From positions 3,577,075-3,641,074 of the forward strand of contig NZ_CP180351.1 of assembly GCF_048006345.1 (NCBI RefSeq): a stretch of 64,000 bases of DNA. The letters are read 5' to 3'. Below are positions 1-9,877 of this stretch, piece by piece. The first letter of the stretch is position 1. Each line of letters starts with the position of its first letter. The translations under genes and the position numbers were made by a program. The DNA comes from Marivita sp. (GTDB lineage: Bacteria; Pseudomonadota; Alphaproteobacteria; Rhodobacterales; Rhodobacteraceae). The notes beneath the pieces were generated by a model. The model worked only from the letters and a program-made list of their open reading frames with translations, ran no database searches and was not told the DNA's origin.

Positions 1-2
1 TT

Positions 3-437
3 TTGACGAAGCGGTCGTCACGGCTGAAACACCATCCCGGCCAGATCGCCTTTCCCGGCGGCAAGCAGGATGAAGGTGATGCGGATGTGATCGCTGCAGC
101 CTTGCGCGAAGCCGAGGAAGAAGTGGGCTTGCCGCGTGGTCATATCGAGGTTCTTGGCACGCTTCCCACCCATGAAACCGTGACGGGTTTTCTTGTCACG
201 CCGGTGATCGGTTGGATTGACCGGGATTTCGATGTGCAGCCAGAACCGGGCGAAGTGGCCGAGGTGTTCCGCGTGCCTTTGGCTCATGTGACGGATGTGG
301 CGTTGTTCACCATTCAATCCCGCCGCTGGCGGGGCACACGTCGACACTACTACACCGTTCCGTTTGGACCGTATTACATTTGGGGGGCCACCGCACGTAT
401 CCTGCGTGGGTTGGCGCATCGGATGGGTGTGGAATGA
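3..437 (+). CDS. NUDIX hydrolase, CoA pyrophosphatase-like (5' end outside window)
   Basis: ORF open to window edge; Nudix box GGKQDEGDADVIAAALREAEEEVGL; stop overlaps next start (ATGA 434-437). Confidence 0.8.
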   Translation: MTKRSSRLKHHPGQIAFPGGKQDEGDADVIAAALREAEEEVGLPRGHIEVLGTLPTHETVTGFLVTPVIGWIDRDFDVQPEPGEVAEVFRVPLAHVTDVALFTIQSRRWRGTRRHYYTVPFGPYYIWGATARILRGLAHRMGVE

Positions 438-1579
438 GGGTTACCGGTGATTGGCTAAGTTCGCAGGGCACGCAAGCGGTGTTTACCGCTTTGCAAGCTC
501 GCGGGAACAGCGCGTTTGCTGTCGGTGGATGCGTTCGAAACGCGCTCATGGGTGTTCCGGTGACCGATGTCGACATCGCCACTGACGCCATGCCGGAAAC
601 CGTACAGGCGCTTGCCCAAGATGCAGGCCTCAAGTCGGTGCCCACCGGTATTGAACATGGGACCATCACGGTCGTTTCGGCAGGTGTCGGCTATGAGGTC
701 ACGACCTTTCGCGCGGATACCGAAACCGATGGGCGTCATGCCGTGGTGCGGTTTTCGACAGACATGGCCGAAGATGCGGCACGGCGCGATTTCACGATGA
801 ATGCGCTTTATGCGGACGCGTCCGGTCGGGTTATCGACCCATTGGGAGGATTGCCTGACCTTGAAGCGCGACACGTGCGGTTCATCGGGACTGCGCAGGA
901 TCGTATTGCCGAGGATTACCTTCGCATCCTCCGCTTTTTTCGCTTTTCCGCGTGGTACGGGGACCCCGATCTTGGTTTTGATCCTGATGCGCTGGCCGCC
1001 ATCGCGGTCAGCCTTGACGGATTGCGCGGACTGTCGCGCGAGAGGATCGGCGCAGAACTTATCAAGCTCTTGTCTGCGCACGAACCGGCACCGGCGGTCG
1101 GATCAATGGCGCAGAGCGGCGTCTTGAATGCTGTTCTGCCAGGAAGCCAGATGTCTGGTTTGGCCCCGTTGGTGAATCTTGAGCAGTCTGTCGGATTGGC
1201 GCCAGATCCGCTTCGGCGTTTGGCAGCACTTGCTGTATTCGACGGGACCGAATTGCGTTTATCAAAAAAGGATCAACGGCGACTTGGGCAGTATCAGAGC
1301 CTGATTTCCACATCGGAAACGGCTTCTGAACTTGGCTATCGGTATGGACGAGACATCGCGTGGGATGTGCTGCTGTTGCGGGCGGTGCTTCTGGAAATGC
1401 CGCTTGACCCCGAGGCGATGCGTGCCGCCGAAATCGGATCTAACCAGAAATGTCCGGTCAAGCCCGGAGATCTGATGCCCGCGTACTCGGGTGCCGCGCT
1501 GGGCGAAAAGCTGCGCGAGGTTGAGGACACGTGGATCGCATCCGGATTTACACTCAGCAAAACTGATCTTCTGGGGTAG
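434..1579 (+). CDS. cca: CCA-adding enzyme / poly(A) polymerase-family tRNA nucleotidyltransferase
   Basis: Head-domain motifs GGCVRNALMG..DVDIAT and RRDFTMNALY; internal ATG at 434 chosen because it forms an ATGA overlap with the upstream stop. Confidence 0.7.
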   Translation: MRVTGDWLSSQGTQAVFTALQARGNSAFAVGGCVRNALMGVPVTDVDIATDAMPETVQALAQDAGLKSVPTGIEHGTITVVSAGVGYEVTTFRADTETDGRHAVVRFSTDMAEDAARRDFTMNALYADASGRVIDPLGGLPDLEARHVRFIGTAQDRIAEDYLRILRFFRFSAWYGDPDLGFDPDALAAIAVSLDGLRGLSRERIGAELIKLLSAHEPAPAVGSMAQSGVLNAVLPGSQMSGLAPLVNLEQSVGLAPDPLRRLAALAVFDGTELRLSKKDQRRLGQYQSLISTSETASELGYRYGRDIAWDVLLLRAVLLEMPLDPEAMRAAEIGSNQKCPVKPGDLMPAYSGAALGEKLREVEDTWIASGFTLSKTDLLG

Positions 1580-1720
1580 ACGGGTTTTCTCTGGAAAAAA
1601 CCCGCGCTAAAGTTGCGGTGTCATACGGACAACACCGAACATTGATTTATCTGTCGTCACGGGCCACACGCGCTTCTGCGTGATCTGGGCCTCTTGCCTG
1701 TTTCCCAAGGAGACCGTTTG

Positions 1721-3565
1721 GTGTTCCGCTTTTTCGAAAATCTGGTCGATCCCTACGGCCGCTACGACGAAAAGGATGCACCGCCGACGCGGCTTTTGCC
1801 GTTCATGCTCGACTACGCGCAACCGTTCAAACGGGTTTTTGTCTATGCCGCGATCATGTCGGTTGTTGTTGCGTCCATCGAAATCGGGCTCATCTGGGCG
1901 ATGGGTTGGGTTGTCGATATCCTTGCCGGTGATCCGACAGAGGTGTGGGAGGCCTATGGCGGCTGGTTGATTGCGCTTGCCGTGTTCATCCTGCTGGTTC
2001 GGCCTGCCTTGCAGGCCTTGGATGTTCTGCTTCTGAACAACACGATTCTGCCGAATTTCGGCACCTTGATCCGGTGGCGGGCGCACAAGCATGTGCTCCG
2101 CCAGTCGGTCGGCTGGTTCGAGAACGATTTTGCCGGGCGCATCGCGAACCGGATCATGCAGACCCCACCCGCCGCAGGCGAAGCGGTGTTTCAGGTGTTC
2201 GACGCAATTACGTTCTCGCTGGCCTACGTGATCGGGGCCTTGGTTCTGCTTGGGCAGGCGGATCCGCGTCTTGCGATTCCCATGATTGGCTGGCTGTTTC
2301 TGTATGGCGCATTGGTGGTGTGGACAGTCAAACGGGTTGGCCCCGCGTCGCAGGCAGCGTCCGATGCGCGGTCAGAGGTGACCGGGCGTGTGGTCGACAG
2401 TTATACCAACATCCATTCCGTCAAGATGTTCGCACACAGCGATACCGAACTGACTTACGCCAAGGACGCGATCGAGAACACCCGAAAGACGTTCCAATAC
2501 GAGATGCGGCTTTTCACCATCATGGATGTGGTGCTTGTCACGCTGAACGGACTTTTGATCGTTGCCGTCGTGGGTTGGGCATTCTGGCTCTGGATGCAAG
2601 GCCAGGCCAGCGTCGGGATCGTCGCTGCGGCGACTGCGCTGACACTGCGCCTTAATGCGATGACCGGTTGGATCATGTGGGCGCTGACCTCGTTCTTCCG
2701 CCAATTGGGTGTTGTGGCCGAAGGAATGGAAACCATTGCCCAGCCCATAACGTTGGTGGATCAACCGGATGCCAAACCGTTGAACCTGACCGAGGGAAAT
2801 ATCGAGATTCAGTCTCTAACACACCACTATGGCCGCGATTCCGGGGGCTTGAACGCGATCAACCTGACAATCAAACCCGGTGAGAAGGTTGGTCTGATCG
2901 GGCGATCCGGGGCGGGCAAATCCACATTGGTCAAGCTGCTCTTGCGGTTCTACGAAGCCGAAAGCGGGCGCATACTGATCGACGGTCAGGACATTTCGCA
3001 TGTCACGCAAGACAGTCTGCGTCTGGCCATTGGCATGGTTCAGCAGGACAGCTCGTTGCTGCACCGCTCTGTCCGGGACAACATTCTGTATGGCCGTCCC
3101 AATGCGACGGAGGCCGAGATGATCGCAGCGGCCAAGCAGGCACAGGCGCATGACTTCATCCTCAACCTGCAAGACCCGCAGGGTCGCACCGGGTATGATG
3201 CGCAGGTGGGCGAACGGGGGGTCAAGCTTTCGGGTGGTCAACGGCAGCGCGTGACCTTGGCCCGCGTGATCCTCAAGAACGCACCGATCCTGCTGTTGGA
3301 CGAGGCGACAAGCGCGCTCGATTCCGAGGTCGAGGCGGCGATTCAGGATACGCTTTATGGCATGATGGAAGGCAAGACCGTCATCGCCATCGCTCACCGG
3401 TTGTCGACCATCGCGCATATGGACCGCATTCTGGTCATGGATGAGGGCCGGATTGTCGAACAGGGCAGCCATGACGCGCTATTGGCCAAAGGCGGGCTAT
3501 ATGCAGGGTTCTGGGCCCGCCAGTCGGGTGGGTTCCTTGATCCTGATACAAAGGCCGCGGAATGA
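1721..3565 (+). CDS. ABC exporter half-transporter (6-TM domain fused to ATPase), paralogue 1 of 3
   Basis: Walker A GRSGAGKST, signature LSGGQRQR, Walker B ILLLDEATSALD, multiple N-terminal TM helices; AAGGAG at 1707-1712 upstream of GTG 1721 (TTG 1718 also possible). Confidence 0.85.
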   Translation: MFRFFENLVDPYGRYDEKDAPPTRLLPFMLDYAQPFKRVFVYAAIMSVVVASIEIGLIWAMGWVVDILAGDPTEVWEAYGGWLIALAVFILLVRPALQALDVLLLNNTILPNFGTLIRWRAHKHVLRQSVGWFENDFAGRIANRIMQTPPAAGEAVFQVFDAITFSLAYVIGALVLLGQADPRLAIPMIGWLFLYGALVVWTVKRVGPASQAASDARSEVTGRVVDSYTNIHSVKMFAHSDTELTYAKDAIENTRKTFQYEMRLFTIMDVVLVTLNGLLIVAVVGWAFWLWMQGQASVGIVAAATALTLRLNAMTGWIMWALTSFFRQLGVVAEGMETIAQPITLVDQPDAKPLNLTEGNIEIQSLTHHYGRDSGGLNAINLTIKPGEKVGLIGRSGAGKSTLVKLLLRFYEAESGRILIDGQDISHVTQDSLRLAIGMVQQDSSLLHRSVRDNILYGRPNATEAEMIAAAKQAQAHDFILNLQDPQGRTGYDAQVGERGVKLSGGQRQRVTLARVILKNAPILLLDEATSALDSEVEAAIQDTLYGMMEGKTVIAIAHRLSTIAHMDRILVMDEGRIVEQGSHDALLAKGGLYAGFWARQSGGFLDPDTKAAE

Positions 3566-5421
3566 TACGGCACAGTTACCAAAAACTGATAGAGCTTGCC
3601 GGAAACCAGATCGATCCCGACGCACCGGCCCCGGGTGTACCACCGATTCAGCTTCGCGCGTTCATGGCGTGGTGTCTGAGGGGCGGTTGGCGAGTGGTCT
3701 GGCTGGGCGTTGTCATATCGGTTTTGGCAGGTCTGACCGAAGTTGTGTCGATGCAGTTGCTTGGTGATGTTGTGGATGCGGTGTCTGCCACGTCGCCTGA
3801 TGCGTTCCTGTCGGAACACGGTGGCCTTATCTTTGCCTGTGTCTTTGTTCTTCTGATCGCGCGCCCGCTGCTGTTTGGGGGTCTGGCCCTGACGCAGTCG
3901 GTGATGATTGGTCCCAATATCGGGATGCAGGTCATGGCGCGCATGTTCCGCTGGACACTTGGGCAATCCGTCACCTTCTTTGACAATGATTTCGCGGGAC
4001 GACTTGCACAGAAGAAGATGCAGGCTTCGAATTCGCTGACCGAGATCGTTATCGAAACGGTCAACGCGGTGACCTTTGGTCTGGCCACGATCCTTGGCAC
4101 AGCGTTTCTGGTAGGCGCTGTCAGCCCTTGGATGATCCTCGCGCTCGCCGTTTGGTTTGCCGTCTATCTGGGATTTCTGCGGGTGATGCTGCCGATCATC
4201 CGCGCGCGATCTGCTGCCCGTGCGGAGGCCAAAGCGCAGGTCACCGGACAGGTTGTCGATACGATCAGCAACATCAAGACCGTCAAACTCTTTGCGGGGG
4301 ATCGGCACGAGGACGGAAAAGCGCTGGGCGCGATGGAACATCTGCGCGGCACTGCGCTGCGCTTTGGCGAGGCACAGACCCTGTTTCGCCTCGGTTTGAT
4401 GTTCATCGCGGGGGCGCTTCCGATTGTATTGGTGGGTATGGCCATTGCCATGCGCGGCAATGGGAACGTGACCCCAGGAGACATCGCCGCCGTCGGTGCG
4501 GTTGGGATACGATTGTCTCAGATGACCGGGTGGATCAGCTACACGATCATGGTGATCTACAGCCATGTGGGTGAGGTTGAGGACGGGATGAATACCTTGG
4601 CCCCTGCGCAGCGGATCGAGGATGTTCCAACCGCGAGCGACCTTATCGTGACAGACGGGCACATCCGGTTTGAAGGCGTTTCATTCGCGTATGGACAGCG
4701 CGAGGGCGGGATCGAAGACGTGACGCTGGATATTGCGGCGGGTGAAAAGCTTGCCGTGGTGGGGGCGTCGGGCGCGGGTAAATCCACGCTCGTGTCGCTT
4801 TTGTTGCGGCTCTATGACACCGAAAAAGGCCGCATTACCATAGACGGGCAGGACATTGCGGCTGTCACCCAAGACAGTTTGCGGCGGCAGATCGGTATGG
4901 TCACGCAGGAGACCGCGATGTTCAATCGCTCGGCGCTGGACAACATCCGGTACGGTCGCCCCGATGCAACAGAGGCTGAAGTGTTCCGCGCTGCCGAGAA
5001 GGCAGAGGCGCATGAGTTCATCCTTGGGTTAGAGGATTCCCGTGGACGTCGTGGGTATGCGGTGCATCTAGGCGAACGGGGTGTCAAACTGTCGGGCGGT
5101 CAACGACAACGCATCGCGCTTGCGCGGGCCATTCTCAAGAATGCGCCGATCCTTGTTTTGGACGAGGCAACCAGTGCGCTTGATTCCGAAGTCGAGGCAC
5201 AGATCCAGTCGGCACTCGAGCGCGTGATGGAGGGCAAGACTGTTCTGGCCATTGCACACCGTCTGTCGACGATTGCCAATATGGACCGGATCATCGTCAT
5301 GGATGCCGGTCGGATCGCTGAAATCGGAACGCATGACGCGCTTTTGGCGCAGAACGGGCTTTATGCGCGGTATTGGGATCGGCAGTCCGGCGGGTTCATC
5401 GGCGCGGAGGCTGCCGAATGA
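3562..5421 (+). CDS. ABC exporter half-transporter, paralogue 2 of 3
   Basis: Walker A GASGAGKST, LSGGQRQR, ILVLDEATSALD; ATGA overlap with paralogue 1 stop. Confidence 0.88.
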   Translation: MIRHSYQKLIELAGNQIDPDAPAPGVPPIQLRAFMAWCLRGGWRVVWLGVVISVLAGLTEVVSMQLLGDVVDAVSATSPDAFLSEHGGLIFACVFVLLIARPLLFGGLALTQSVMIGPNIGMQVMARMFRWTLGQSVTFFDNDFAGRLAQKKMQASNSLTEIVIETVNAVTFGLATILGTAFLVGAVSPWMILALAVWFAVYLGFLRVMLPIIRARSAARAEAKAQVTGQVVDTISNIKTVKLFAGDRHEDGKALGAMEHLRGTALRFGEAQTLFRLGLMFIAGALPIVLVGMAIAMRGNGNVTPGDIAAVGAVGIRLSQMTGWISYTIMVIYSHVGEVEDGMNTLAPAQRIEDVPTASDLIVTDGHIRFEGVSFAYGQREGGIEDVTLDIAAGEKLAVVGASGAGKSTLVSLLLRLYDTEKGRITIDGQDIAAVTQDSLRRQIGMVTQETAMFNRSALDNIRYGRPDATEAEVFRAAEKAEAHEFILGLEDSRGRRGYAVHLGERGVKLSGGQRQRIALARAILKNAPILVLDEATSALDSEVEAQIQSALERVMEGKTVLAIAHRLSTIANMDRIIVMDAGRIAEIGTHDALLAQNGLYARYWDRQSGGFIGAEAAE

Positions 5422-7247
5422 AGGCGATCGCGGATTTCATCAAACCGTTCGATCCCGCAGAGGGCCCCCCGCCGCAAGATATCTTGCCGTTCATGCGCTG
5501 GGCGTTGCGGGGTGCCGAGCGGGCCATTCTCATCGCTTTTGCGATCACCTTTGTGACCGGCATGTCCGAACTTGTCGCTGCCCGCTTTACCGGTTGGGTG
5601 ATCGACCAGACCGAGATTGCCGAACAGGGTGCCTTCTGGGCCACGTTCTGGCCAGTGGTCATCGTGGGTGTTGCGTTCTTTCTGGTGATCCGCCCGCTGA
5701 TCTTCGTGATGGACGCGGGTGTGACCAGCATCTTGTTGGGGCCGAACCTTTATCCGATGGTCCTGGCGCGGCTCAACCAGCACACGCTGGGCCATTCCAT
5801 GCAGTTCTTCGAGAACGACTTTGCGGGTCGACTCAGTCAAAAGGCGATTCAGACTGCACGGGCGCTGACCGATCTAGTGATCGAGGTGTCCGATGTCGTG
5901 ATCTATTCGATTGCGATGTTCATCGGTGCGTTCATTTTGATGCTCACGATCGACGCGCGCTTGCTTTTGATCTTCGTCGTGTGGGCAGGGTTTTATGCGG
6001 CCGCATTACGGTATTTCATTCCCCGTGTTCAGAAACGGTCCAAGGCGCGGGCCGGTGCACGTACCCATGTGACCGGACAGGTAGTGGACATCTATTCCAA
6101 CATCGCGGCTGTGAAGCTTTTTGCGCGGGATGCGGATGAGGATACGGCAACACGCGGGGCGCTTGATGCCTACCGCGACCGATCGATTGAGTTTGGCACG
6201 TTGTCGGCGGTGTTCCGCATGGTGCTGATGACCTTGGGTGGCATTCTGCCCTTGTTTGCCATTCTCGGTGCGCTTTGGCTTTGGAGCGCGGGCAGCGCCA
6301 CCGCCGGCGATATCGCCATGACTGCGATGATCACCACACGCCTGTCTATGCTCACCAACCGTCTGGGTCGGGTCGCGATGTCGATCTTTACCAACATTGG
6401 CGAGGTCGAGGACGGCATCGGAACGCTGACGCCGACACATGGGATCACCGACCGCGCCTCTGCGCAGGGCAGCGTGCCGACGGGACCAATCCATTTCGAC
6501 AATGTGTCTTTCGGGTATGGCCGCGCTGCTCGGGCCTTGAACGGGTTTGATCTGACCGTTGCGGAAGGCGAGAAGGTTGCGCTTGTGGGCGCGTCCGGTG
6601 CTGGCAAATCTACGGTCGTGTCGCTCTTGTTGCGGCTCTATGACGTGGAAAAGGGACGGATCACGGTGGGTGGAACTGATATCCGCGACGTGACCCAGAT
6701 TGCGCTGCGGACGGACATTTCCGTTGTCCGGCAGGAAACTTCGATGTTCAACCGATCCGCGATGGAGAACATCCGCTACGGCAGGCCTAATGCGTCTGAC
6801 GAAGAGGTGTTCGAGGCGGCACAACGTGCCTCGGCGCATGAGTTCATTCTGGGTCTGGTCGATCACAGGGGGCGCACCGGATATGCCGCCCATCTTGGGG
6901 AGCGGGGTGTCAAGCTGTCGGGTGGGCAGAGACAGCGCATTGCGCTTGCCCGTGCGATCCTGAAGGATGCGCCGATCCTTGTGCTGGACGAGGCGACCAG
7001 CGCACTCGACTCAGAGGTAGAGTCCGAGATCCAGACTGCATTGGATCACGTCATGCGCGGCAAGACGGTTCTGGCCATCGCGCATCGCCTTTCCACCATC
7101 GCCAGCATGGACCGGATCGTGGTGATGGACGAGGGACACATCGTCGAAGTCGGCACCCATGACGCGCTGCTTGCGAAGGATGGACTCTACGCGCGCTATT
7201 GGGACAGGCAGTCAGGCGGCTTTATCGGGGCCGAGGCCGCCGAATAG
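5418..7247 (+). CDS. ABC exporter half-transporter, paralogue 3 of 3
   Basis: Walker A GASGAGKST, LSGGQRQR, ILVLDEATSALD; internal ATG 5418 forms ATGA overlap with paralogue 2 stop. Confidence 0.85.
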   Translation: MKAIADFIKPFDPAEGPPPQDILPFMRWALRGAERAILIAFAITFVTGMSELVAARFTGWVIDQTEIAEQGAFWATFWPVVIVGVAFFLVIRPLIFVMDAGVTSILLGPNLYPMVLARLNQHTLGHSMQFFENDFAGRLSQKAIQTARALTDLVIEVSDVVIYSIAMFIGAFILMLTIDARLLLIFVVWAGFYAAALRYFIPRVQKRSKARAGARTHVTGQVVDIYSNIAAVKLFARDADEDTATRGALDAYRDRSIEFGTLSAVFRMVLMTLGGILPLFAILGALWLWSAGSATAGDIAMTAMITTRLSMLTNRLGRVAMSIFTNIGEVEDGIGTLTPTHGITDRASAQGSVPTGPIHFDNVSFGYGRAARALNGFDLTVAEGEKVALVGASGAGKSTVVSLLLRLYDVEKGRITVGGTDIRDVTQIALRTDISVVRQETSMFNRSAMENIRYGRPNASDEEVFEAAQRASAHEFILGLVDHRGRTGYAAHLGERGVKLSGGQRQRIALARAILKDAPILVLDEATSALDSEVESEIQTALDHVMRGKTVLAIAHRLSTIASMDRIVVMDEGHIVEVGTHDALLAKDGLYARYWDRQSGGFIGAEAAE

Positions 7248-7286
7248 CCCTCGACCAATGCGGCGCGCTGAGGCAAAAGCCGCGGC

Positions 7287-8507
7287 ATGACAACAGTAAA
7301 GATCAAACGACTGGGCCATCTGGGCGACGGCATTGCCGACGGACCGATTTACGTGCCTGCAGCCCTTCCCGGTGAAGTGGTGACAGGCACTTTGGATGGT
7401 GAACATCTGCGTGATCCCAAGATCGACACACCGTCGGAAAACAGGGTCAAACCACCGTGCAGCCATGCCAAGTCCTGTGGCGGATGCCAGTTGCAACATG
7501 CGTCGGATGTGTTCGTTTCTGATTGGAAGCGCGATGTGGTGCGGCAGGCCTTGGCCGCGCATGGGATTGCAGTTGATCTGGAACCGCCAATCACGTCTCC
7601 TGCGAAATCCCGTCGGAGAGCAACCTTTTCCGTCAAGCGGACAAAGAAGGGGGCCTTGGCCGGGTTCCACATGAAGGCCTCGGACACGATCATTTCGGTT
7701 CCGAATTGCCAGCTTTTGCATCCAGAGCTGACTGCCGCTTTGCCGATGGTCGAAGCGCTTGGCGTTCTGGGCGCGTCGCGCAAGGGCGAATTGTCGGCAC
7801 TTGTGACGCGGACGGATACCGGCCTCGATGTCACGGTCACTGGCGGCAAGGAAATGGATGTTGCGTTGCATCAGGCACTGTCCGATCTCGCGCGCGACTA
7901 CGATCTTGCCCGCATCGCATGGGACGATGACATCGCGTTGCAACGGCGCGCGCCTGTTTTGCGTCTTGGTCCGGCAGACCTGACGCCGCCTCCGGGCGCG
8001 TTTCTGCAAGCCACGCGCGAGGGCGAAGCGGCGCTAATCGACGCGGTCAAACAGGCTCTCACAGGGGTAAAACGGGTGGCTGACCTGTTTGCGGGCTGTG
8101 GGACATTTGCGCTGCCACTGGCACAGGATGCGATGGTTCACGCGGTCGAAGGCGACCGTGACATGACAAATGCGCTGGACCATGCGTGGCGCAATGCCGA
8201 AGGGCTAAAGCGGATCACACACGAGGTGCGGGACCTGTTCCGCAACCCGCTGCAACCAGAGGAATTGGCCAAATGCGATGGCGTGGTGATAGACCCGCCG
8301 CGGGCTGGGGCTGCGGCACAGGTTGCAGAACTTGCGCGGTCTTCGGTTCCGCGCATTGCCCATGTTTCGTGCAATCCGGCGACATTTGCGCGGGATACCG
8401 CCACGCTGATCCGCGCTGGATACGATGTTGAGTGGATCAGGGTGGTTGATCAATTCCGGTGGTCGACCCATGTGGAACTGGTGGCGCTTCTGCGCCGAAA
8501 TAACTGA
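7287..8507 (+). CDS. Class I SAM-dependent RNA (uracil-5) methyltransferase, RumA/TrmA family
   Basis: N-terminal Cys cluster CSHAKSCGGCQLQH (Fe-S type), C-terminal DPPRAG and VSCNPATFARD catalytic-Cys motif. Confidence 0.8.
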   Translation: MTTVKIKRLGHLGDGIADGPIYVPAALPGEVVTGTLDGEHLRDPKIDTPSENRVKPPCSHAKSCGGCQLQHASDVFVSDWKRDVVRQALAAHGIAVDLEPPITSPAKSRRRATFSVKRTKKGALAGFHMKASDTIISVPNCQLLHPELTAALPMVEALGVLGASRKGELSALVTRTDTGLDVTVTGGKEMDVALHQALSDLARDYDLARIAWDDDIALQRRAPVLRLGPADLTPPPGAFLQATREGEAALIDAVKQALTGVKRVADLFAGCGTFALPLAQDAMVHAVEGDRDMTNALDHAWRNAEGLKRITHEVRDLFRNPLQPEELAKCDGVVIDPPRAGAAAQVAELARSSVPRIAHVSCNPATFARDTATLIRAGYDVEWIRVVDQFRWSTHVELVALLRRNN

Positions 8508-8519
8508 CGAGGCAGGGCA

Positions 8520-9284
8520 ATGCGGGACAAGGTGGCAGCGTTTCTTGAACAGGCTTGGGTGACGAATTTCATCATCGGCGTGATCCTGTTCAATGCTGTT
8601 TTGCTGGGATTGGAGACGTCGGATGCGGTCATGGCAGCCGCGGGTCCAGTGATTCTCGCGCTCGATAGCTTGTGTCTGGCGATCTTCGTGCTCGAAATTG
8701 CGCTCAAGCTTTATGCTCATGGGCTTCGGTTCTTCAAAAGCGGCTGGAACATCTTTGATTTCGTGATCGTCGGGATCGCGCTTGTTCCGGCGACGCAGGG
8801 GTTCTCGGTCCTGCGGGCGCTGCGGATTCTGCGGGTGTTGCGGGTCATTTCAGCCACACCGCGTCTGCGGCGCGTGGTCGAAGGGTTCATCACGGCGTTG
8901 CCCGGCATGGGTAGTGTGTTTCTCTTGATGGCGCTGATCTTTTACATCGGCGCGGTGATGGCGACCAAGTTGTTCAGCGACGCTTTTCCCGAATGGTTCG
9001 GCGATCTGGGCAGATCGGCCTATTCGCTGTTCCAGATCATGACGTTGGAATCATGGTCCATGGGGATCGTGCGCCCCGTCATGGAGGTGTTCCCCTGGGC
9101 CTGGGCATTTTTTGTGCCGTTCATCATGGTTACAACCTTTGCGGTTGTGAACCTTCTTGTGGGTCTGATCGTGAATTCGATGCAGGATGCCCATGCCGAA
9201 GAGTTGAACGAAAAGACAGACGCCTATCGTGACCAGGTTCTGGCCCGACTGGAAGCCATCGAAAAGCGGCTGGATCAGCGGTAA
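8520..9284 (+). CDS. Voltage-gated sodium channel, NaChBac/BacNaV family (single 6-TM subunit)
   Basis: S4 with Arg every third residue (RALRILRVLRVISATPRLRR), pore FQIMTLESWSMGI with the LESWS sodium filter, C-terminal coiled coil. Confidence 0.88.
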   Translation: MRDKVAAFLEQAWVTNFIIGVILFNAVLLGLETSDAVMAAAGPVILALDSLCLAIFVLEIALKLYAHGLRFFKSGWNIFDFVIVGIALVPATQGFSVLRALRILRVLRVISATPRLRRVVEGFITALPGMGSVFLLMALIFYIGAVMATKLFSDAFPEWFGDLGRSAYSLFQIMTLESWSMGIVRPVMEVFPWAWAFFVPFIMVTTFAVVNLLVGLIVNSMQDAHAEELNEKTDAYRDQVLARLEAIEKRLDQR

Positions 9285-9371
9285 TTTGCCTGTCCGCGCT
9301 CACGGTTTCGTTTTACCGATGGTTGAACAGTCTGGTACACTGTCCGAAAAACAAATCGGGCAGTGTAACCA

Positions 9372-9857
9372 ATGTTGCGACTCTTCTGTTTCTTGGCACT
9401 TCTTCTGGGTGTGACGGCCTGTGGGAAGTTTCCCACCTATACCGGCCCGGAAGTGACCCGGATCGTTGTGCAAAAGGCGGATCGCAAGATGTACCTCTTG
9501 CATCACAACGCGGTGCTGAAAACCTATGACATCGGCCTTGGTTTTGCGCCCGAGGGGCACAAGCAAGTGGAAGGCGACGGCAAAACGCCCGAAGGCGAAT
9601 ACATGATTGATCGCCGCAATCCGAACAGCAATTTTTACCTGTCGATCGGGATCGACTACCCGCGTCCGCGGGACATCGAGGTCGCCAGCACAATGGGCAA
9701 ATCGCCCGGCGGAGACATCTTTATTCACGGGCGGCCGTGGAAAAACCGTAAGGGTGGGCGCGATTGGACATGGGGCTGCATCGCGGTGACAAACCGGGAA
9801 ATGCGCGAGATTTACTCGATGGTGAGAGACGGTACGCCCATCACCATCAACCCCTAG
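9372..9857 (+). CDS. L,D-transpeptidase (YkuD domain) lipoprotein
   Basis: Lipobox LLLGVTAC; catalytic IFIHG ... WTWGCIAV. Confidence 0.85.
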   Translation: MLRLFCFLALLLGVTACGKFPTYTGPEVTRIVVQKADRKMYLLHHNAVLKTYDIGLGFAPEGHKQVEGDGKTPEGEYMIDRRNPNSNFYLSIGIDYPRPRDIEVASTMGKSPGGDIFIHGRPWKNRKGGRDWTWGCIAVTNREMREIYSMVRDGTPITINP

Positions 9858-9877
9858 AAAATCAACAGGTTAGTTGT

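Noticed and set aside
3394-4662. 422-aa minus-strand ORF across the junction of ABC exporters 1 and 2 (similar ones at 6006-6893, 53003-54082 and 58863-59978)
   Set aside because: Antisense to genes with complete Walker/signature, AraC or HemY motifs, and with low-complexity basic translations.
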